Positions 8,487 to 12,558 of a stretch of DNA of 12,558 bases are shown in pieces. Both the position numbers and the translations under genes were made by a program. Within the stretch, counting starts at the first letter, position 1, and each line of letters starts with the position of its first letter. The notes below the pieces were generated by a model, which was given only the letters and a program-made list of their open reading frames with translations, made no database searches and was not told where the DNA came from. This DNA is from Neoechinorhynchus agilis (lineage: Eukaryota; Animalia; Acanthocephala). The stretch is from the NCBI GenBank assembly GCA_051530055.1, contig JBMGUZ010000074.1, positions 1-12,558 on the forward strand. Reading direction: 5' to 3'.

Positions 8487-9486
8487 ATGGCTAGAAACAA
8501 CGTTGTTCGATTTATCACAAAGGTTTCAAGGGTAATTGCGCAGGGTACAGTCAACAAAGAAGTCAAACAAAAACTAATACAAGTTTGTCGAGAATTGAAT
8601 CTTGCGGATTTTAGACTCGATTTCTTAAACGACGGAGAGAGATCAGAAACGTCCGAAAGGAATGAAGCCATCTACAAACGCTCGAATGCTCCTGTTCTTT
8701 AATGCTCTGGGTAATTTTGGTTCAATTGGAAAGGATTTTAGAAAAATTTGGAAATTGTTCTCTGAAAACTCGTTTTCGAGGTATATTTTCGAAATGCAAT
8801 GATTCTGAAACAAAAACCTATAGAAATTTCCACTTTTTTTCAGAGAAACAGAATTTCATCACTTCAACATTGTTAAGCTTATTTTTCTGAGAACATAAAA
8901 TTGCGTTTCAAAAGATATGTCGTGTTAATATTTCAAGTGTGGCACGCGATCACAAAAATAATCAAAATACTCTGAGCCAAATATGCCGATTGTCAATCAA
9001 AATCCAAAGTTTTCCATTTCTTTGTTCCTAATTCGACGTGGCAACAGTATTCCTCTCCACGATCATCCCCAAATGTTTGGACTTATTCGATGTCTTCACG
9101 GAGACATCACCATCCAATCATTCACGACCGACGACATCCTTCACAGATCTGAGATTATTGAAGTTAAAAAGGAATCGCTCGTAAAGTTGGACCCAGATGA
9201 TCCAGAGAAATCAATAAGTGCTCTAGAACCGAATCTACGAAACATCCATGAGGTTTCTTCACCATCTCAAGACGGTGTTTTCTTGGATATCTTGAGCCCG
9301 CCGTATTCCACAGCAGAAAGCTGGAACATTTTCAAACCGCAAAGGATATGTCAATATTTTAAAGAAATCGAAACCAACGAAAAAGTCAGTAAATTGAGGA
9401 AGCTTAAATTCGTTCCTGTTAATTATTGGACTGAAAATATGTGCACAGAATGCATTTTTGAGACCGAACAAAATATTCGTGAATAA
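8487..9486 (+). CDS. ADO: Cysteamine (2-aminoethanethiol) dioxygenase, ADO/PCO family cupin; two blocks 8487-8700 and 8981-9486 (239 aa if joined)
   Basis: Block 2 has FSISLF...IPLHDHPQMFG, NIHEV, FLDILSPPY, CQYF (the Cys-x-Tyr pair) and YWTE. Block 1 (MARNNVVRFITKVSR...KLIQVCRELNLADF...NAPVL) resembles the animal ADO N-terminus (MPRDNMASLIQRIAR...LKSLLTQLRAEDL...PPVT). Joining t8700 to at8981 gives APVLYMPI, matching the family PVTYMHI motif. Confidence 0.9.
8701..8980 (+). other. 280-nt intervening sequence in ADO with non-canonical ends and a terminal stem (non-canonical intron or MITE insertion)
   Basis: Its removal is required to avoid TAA 8700-8702 and to restore the conserved Tyr. 8704-8722 is an imperfect inverted repeat of 8960-8977. 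Confidence 0.7.
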
Positions 9487-9588
9487 TCGTCTCCGTATAA
9501 ATTTTCTCCATAGCAAAATAACGTCATTGATTGCCGCGAACGATTCTCAAATACTAATTGTTTATGGCTGAAATTTATTAAATTCGAT

Positions 9589-12448
9589 CAACAACAACAT
9601 TTCTTTGAACTTTTCTCTCAGTTGAGAGGTCGTTCTTTCCAGCATTGTTGGTTTTCGTCTTTGTTCTCCTTTCCCAGCGTCTTGAAATCTCTGCTCACAC
9701 TGTCCTCCCACCTCTTCTTGGGCCTCCCTCTTCTCGTTTTCCCCTCGAGTTCGATTCTCCATGCGCTCTTAACCCAGGCGTCTTCATTTGCTTCTGTCAC
9801 CTGCAGGTACCATCGCATCCGCCTCTTTGCGATTGCCTCCTCGATCGGCTCGGCATTAAACAGCTTTCGCACCTCCTTATTGGGCACTCGATCCTTGCGT
9901 GTCAATCCTGCGGACCATCTAGGCATCCGCATTTCGTTGACGGCTAATCGTTGATCGTTTTCCTTCTTCGTATCCCACTTCTCTGCTCCGTGGTGCATGG
10001 CGGGTCGCACTACTTCATTGTACACCCGCCATTTCGGGAGACGCTTATCGCAAGGGATGCCTGTTGTCTTCCTCCAGTTGTTCCACCCGCATTGAACTCT
10101 TTGTCCGATCTCTGGTTCGAGCTCACATTGCATGTTCAATATGCTGCCAAAATTTTTGAAGTTGTTCATCTTTTCGATCTGAGTTCCTTGCATATCGATG
10201 TTACCCGGCCCCATTTATTTCGTTTTGCGCCTGCTCACTCTCAATCCTTTGCTCTCCAATCGTTGTCGCCAACTCTTCAGCAAACTCTTGAGCGTGTCCA
10301 CGTCTCTAGCTGTGAGCACCAAATCGTCCGCAAATAGTGTCGTCCATGGCGGTTTCATTTCTCTTTCCGCATTTCCTAGGACGTCCATCACGATCGTGAA
10401 CAAGAATGGGCTCAGGGCCGAACCCTGTTGCAGACCCACGGAGACTCGGAAATAGTCGATGGTTCCGCCGTGGCATCGCTCGCAGGTGAAGCATTCTCGA
10501 TACATCGCTCGAATCGCGGCGACATAATGTTCGGGACAATTCCTTTTTCTGTGGCATGCCCACACCAAATCTCGAGGGACAGTGTCGTACGCCCCTTCCA
10601 AATCGACGAACACACTGTGCAACGGGCACTGCATGTCACTGAACCTCTCATACAGCTGCCTTAGCACGAATATTGCGTCGATTGTGCTTCTGCCGGGCTC
10701 CTCGCTGATTCGCATCTCGTCTCTTATCCTGTGATCGATCATTCGTTCCCACAGTTTCATTGTGTGAGACATGAGTTTAATGGTGCGGTAGCTCCTACAC
10801 TGCAGAACATCTCCTTTGCTTTTGAAGATCGCCCATTTCGACGGGATCTTTTCCTCGTGAGCAACTTTATTCCGAGGACTCCGAGGGATCGCAACAACTC
10901 GATCGGAATGTTATCTGGACCGGCGTTCCTACCAGTCTTCATTTTCCTGAGCTGTGTAGCCACCTCATCGTACGAGTACGGCCTCGTCATATTGACATTT
11001 GAATGTACGTCCTCTAGAGGCAGTCTGTCATTCTCAATGTTCAGTAGAGTGCTGAAATATTCCTTCCACCTATCGAAGATGTCCTTGCTTTGGTCCAGCG
11101 TCTTTCCATGGCTATCACTGATCATTTTGAGGGGCACGATATCCCGCGATTTTTTATCCCTGACTTTGGCCAACCTGAAGACCATATCTCTACAACTCAC
11201 TCGCTGTAATTGCTCATACAGGTAGTTATCGGCTTCCCTCTTGGCCTTGGCGCATTCTAGTGCGGCCTTCCGTTTTGTCTGTTTGTAAACGCCTGCATTC
11301 GAGACCGAAGCGTCAAAATCCAATCTTTTCCTGCTAACTTTTTCAGACTGATTGCATCCGAGGTTTCTTCGATGTCATTCCTAGGATGTTCTTTGCTTCA
11401 CTACGAATCGCTTCGGCTGTTTCATTCCACCAGCGTTCCAGTTCAGCCACATTCTCGCCCAATTTCTGGGTAAGCACCATTTTCATCTTTTCTCTGAGTA
11501 TAGGATCCTTTAGCCTCCACCACTTGATTTTCGGCGCAATGGTCGTTGTCGGCTGTTTAACTTTTCCTCGAATATTGAGGTCCATCACGAGCACTCCACT
11601 CCTCTCCTAGTATTATCTTGACATTCTGAACTTCACCCCATCTCCCTATCGGATACAATATGAAATCGATTTGGCTTGATCTTCCACCGCTTGAGTATAT
11701 GTAAAGGTGCCGTCGGTCTTTTTTGAAGTATTGGAACTACGTAACTCCAACGCTGCTGCGTAATCCAATAGTCCTACATCCTCGGCGTTCCTTGATTCTA
11801 CACTGTGTCCTCCATGAATTCGCTCGTATCCATCATCACACATCGACCCTCCCTAGGCCTTGTCACTTCCGATAAATCCAGCCAAAATTCATCCTTCTCC
11901 TCTTCACTACAACCGACTTGTGGGGCGTACGCAGAATCTACTGTCGTTGCTTCGTCGTTAACGCTTACCTTCAGCGCCATTACCCGATCGCTTGTTCGTG
12001 TCACCTCTACGATGTTGTCCGCTAGATCCTTTGATACTATGACGCCCACTCCGTTCCTACCACTTGCTCCTCCACTATAGAATAGTTTAAATCTGTCGCC
12101 TAATTCTCTAGCTTTCCCTCCTTCTCAGCTGATCTCCTGGACCCCAAGAATTTCAATTTTTCCCCTCATCATCAAATCGGCCACTTCCCTGCTTCTCCCG
12201 GTCATTGAATCTACGTTCAGGGTGTAGATTCATATTTTGAAAGCGACTCGCTTCTTTAGCCGGACCCGTCGTTGATCCGGTAAACCTGAATAATTTTTCT
12301 CGCGTGAAGGGAACGCCCTACTTGACATTGCTGATGTGTTTTTTGCTCAAAGTTTTACGGCCGGATGCCCTTCCTGACATCGACCCTCCCCATTTGTCCT
12401 AGCTTGGGACCGGCAGCGAATCGCAGCGAAGGCTTGGTAAAAGTCGCT
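9589..12448 (-). mobile_element. RTE-clade non-LTR retrotransposon (APE endonuclease plus RT), near full-length and degenerate
   Basis: Minus strand reads SGLPDQRRVRLKK...TLNVDSMTGRSRE...GVQE...RNGVGVIV...SDRVMALK...SAYAPQVGC (APE), then GRNAGPDNIP, IKLMSHTMKLWER, PGRSTIDAIF, FVDLEGAYD, GLQQGSALSPFLF, LFADDLVL (RT), and VRPAMHHGAE, EMRMPRW, GKTRRGRPKKRW (typical RTE C-terminus). Many frameshifts, stops and short deletions. A short (TTG)3 tract near 9589-9599 may be the 3' tail. Confidence 0.95.
12379..12448 (-). ncRNA. Twister ribozyme-like motif (degenerate) in the RTE 5' UTR
   Basis: Minus strand 12414->12384 reads GCCGGUCCCAAGCUAGGACAAAUGGGGAGGG. This is 26/31 identical to the core GCCGGUCCCAAGCCCGGAUAAAAGUGGAGGG of the Oryza sativa twister as I recall it. 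A flanking CGAC/GUCG could form P1. P4 has a mismatch and the UAA cleavage context is not cleanly present. Confidence 0.7.
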
Positions 12449-12558
12449 AAAAAACGCACCTCTGGAATATTGGAATTTAACAAAATTTTAGTTTTCCGCC
12501 CTAAAAAGGACATGAACTATTCTGGGGTTCAAACATATTCATAAATTATCCTTAGATT

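Noticed and set aside
8700-8702. Stop-codon reassignment (TAA/TAG read as Gln) as an explanation of in-frame stops
   Set aside because: Readthrough would not restore the PVxYMxI motif, and ADO and the 4813 ORF end normally at TAA and TAG followed by non-coding sequence.
8702-8890. 62-aa ORF inside the ADO intervening sequence, and the GT at 8711 as a splice donor
   Set aside because: The ORF is low-complexity AT-rich with no motif. The good-looking donor G|GTAATT lies downstream of the in-frame TAA at 8700-8702 and cannot rescue the ADO frame.
9622-12080. Plus-strand ORFs overlapping the RTE (9622..9954, 9645..9947, 9951..10337, 10198..10455, 10428..10664, 11386..11610, 11805..12080) and off-frame minus ORFs
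   Set aside because: They are shadows of the minus-strand APE/RT reading frames.
11840-12390. Exact 14-bp repeat ACATCGACCCTCCC at 11840-11853 and 12377-12390
   Set aside because: About one such match is expected by chance in a 12.5-kb window, and the first copy fits normal APE coding (PREGRCV).
1-12558. Prokaryotic features (CRISPR array, retron or group II intron RT, operons), tRNA/rRNA, spliced-leader RNA target of CRE
   Set aside because: The RTs are clearly of eukaryotic non-LTR type. No regularly spaced repeats, cloverleaf, rRNA or recognisable SL/Sm-site sequence were seen.

Overview
AT-rich eukaryotic genomic DNA, probably from an invertebrate animal (inferred from the ADO protein and the retroelement types; the taxon cannot be fixed from this window). 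About half of the window is decayed non-LTR retrotransposon sequence, all on the minus strand. This comprises a 5'-truncated CRE-clade element (RT plus restriction-like endonuclease, ~860-3095), a composite of two different CRE-like endonuclease fragments (~6247-7380), an 89-bp 3' scrap of the first CRE family (7515-7603), and a near full-length but heavily deleted RTE-clade element (~9589-12448). The RTE carries a twister-ribozyme-like motif at its 5' end. Two host genes are on the plus strand. One is a large unknown protein with recurrent CxxxCxxxC motifs, apparently split by the CRE insertion. The other is a cysteamine dioxygenase (ADO/PCO family) in two coding blocks. The most striking observation is in ADO. 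The conserved P-V-x-Y-M-x-I motif is restored only by removing a 280-nt segment (8701-8980) with non-GT-AG ends (AA...AA), whose termini form a symmetric ~18-bp stem. This is either a candidate non-canonical, transposon-like intron or a MITE insertion. Most other ORFs in the track are antisense or alternative-frame shadows of retroelement coding sequence.
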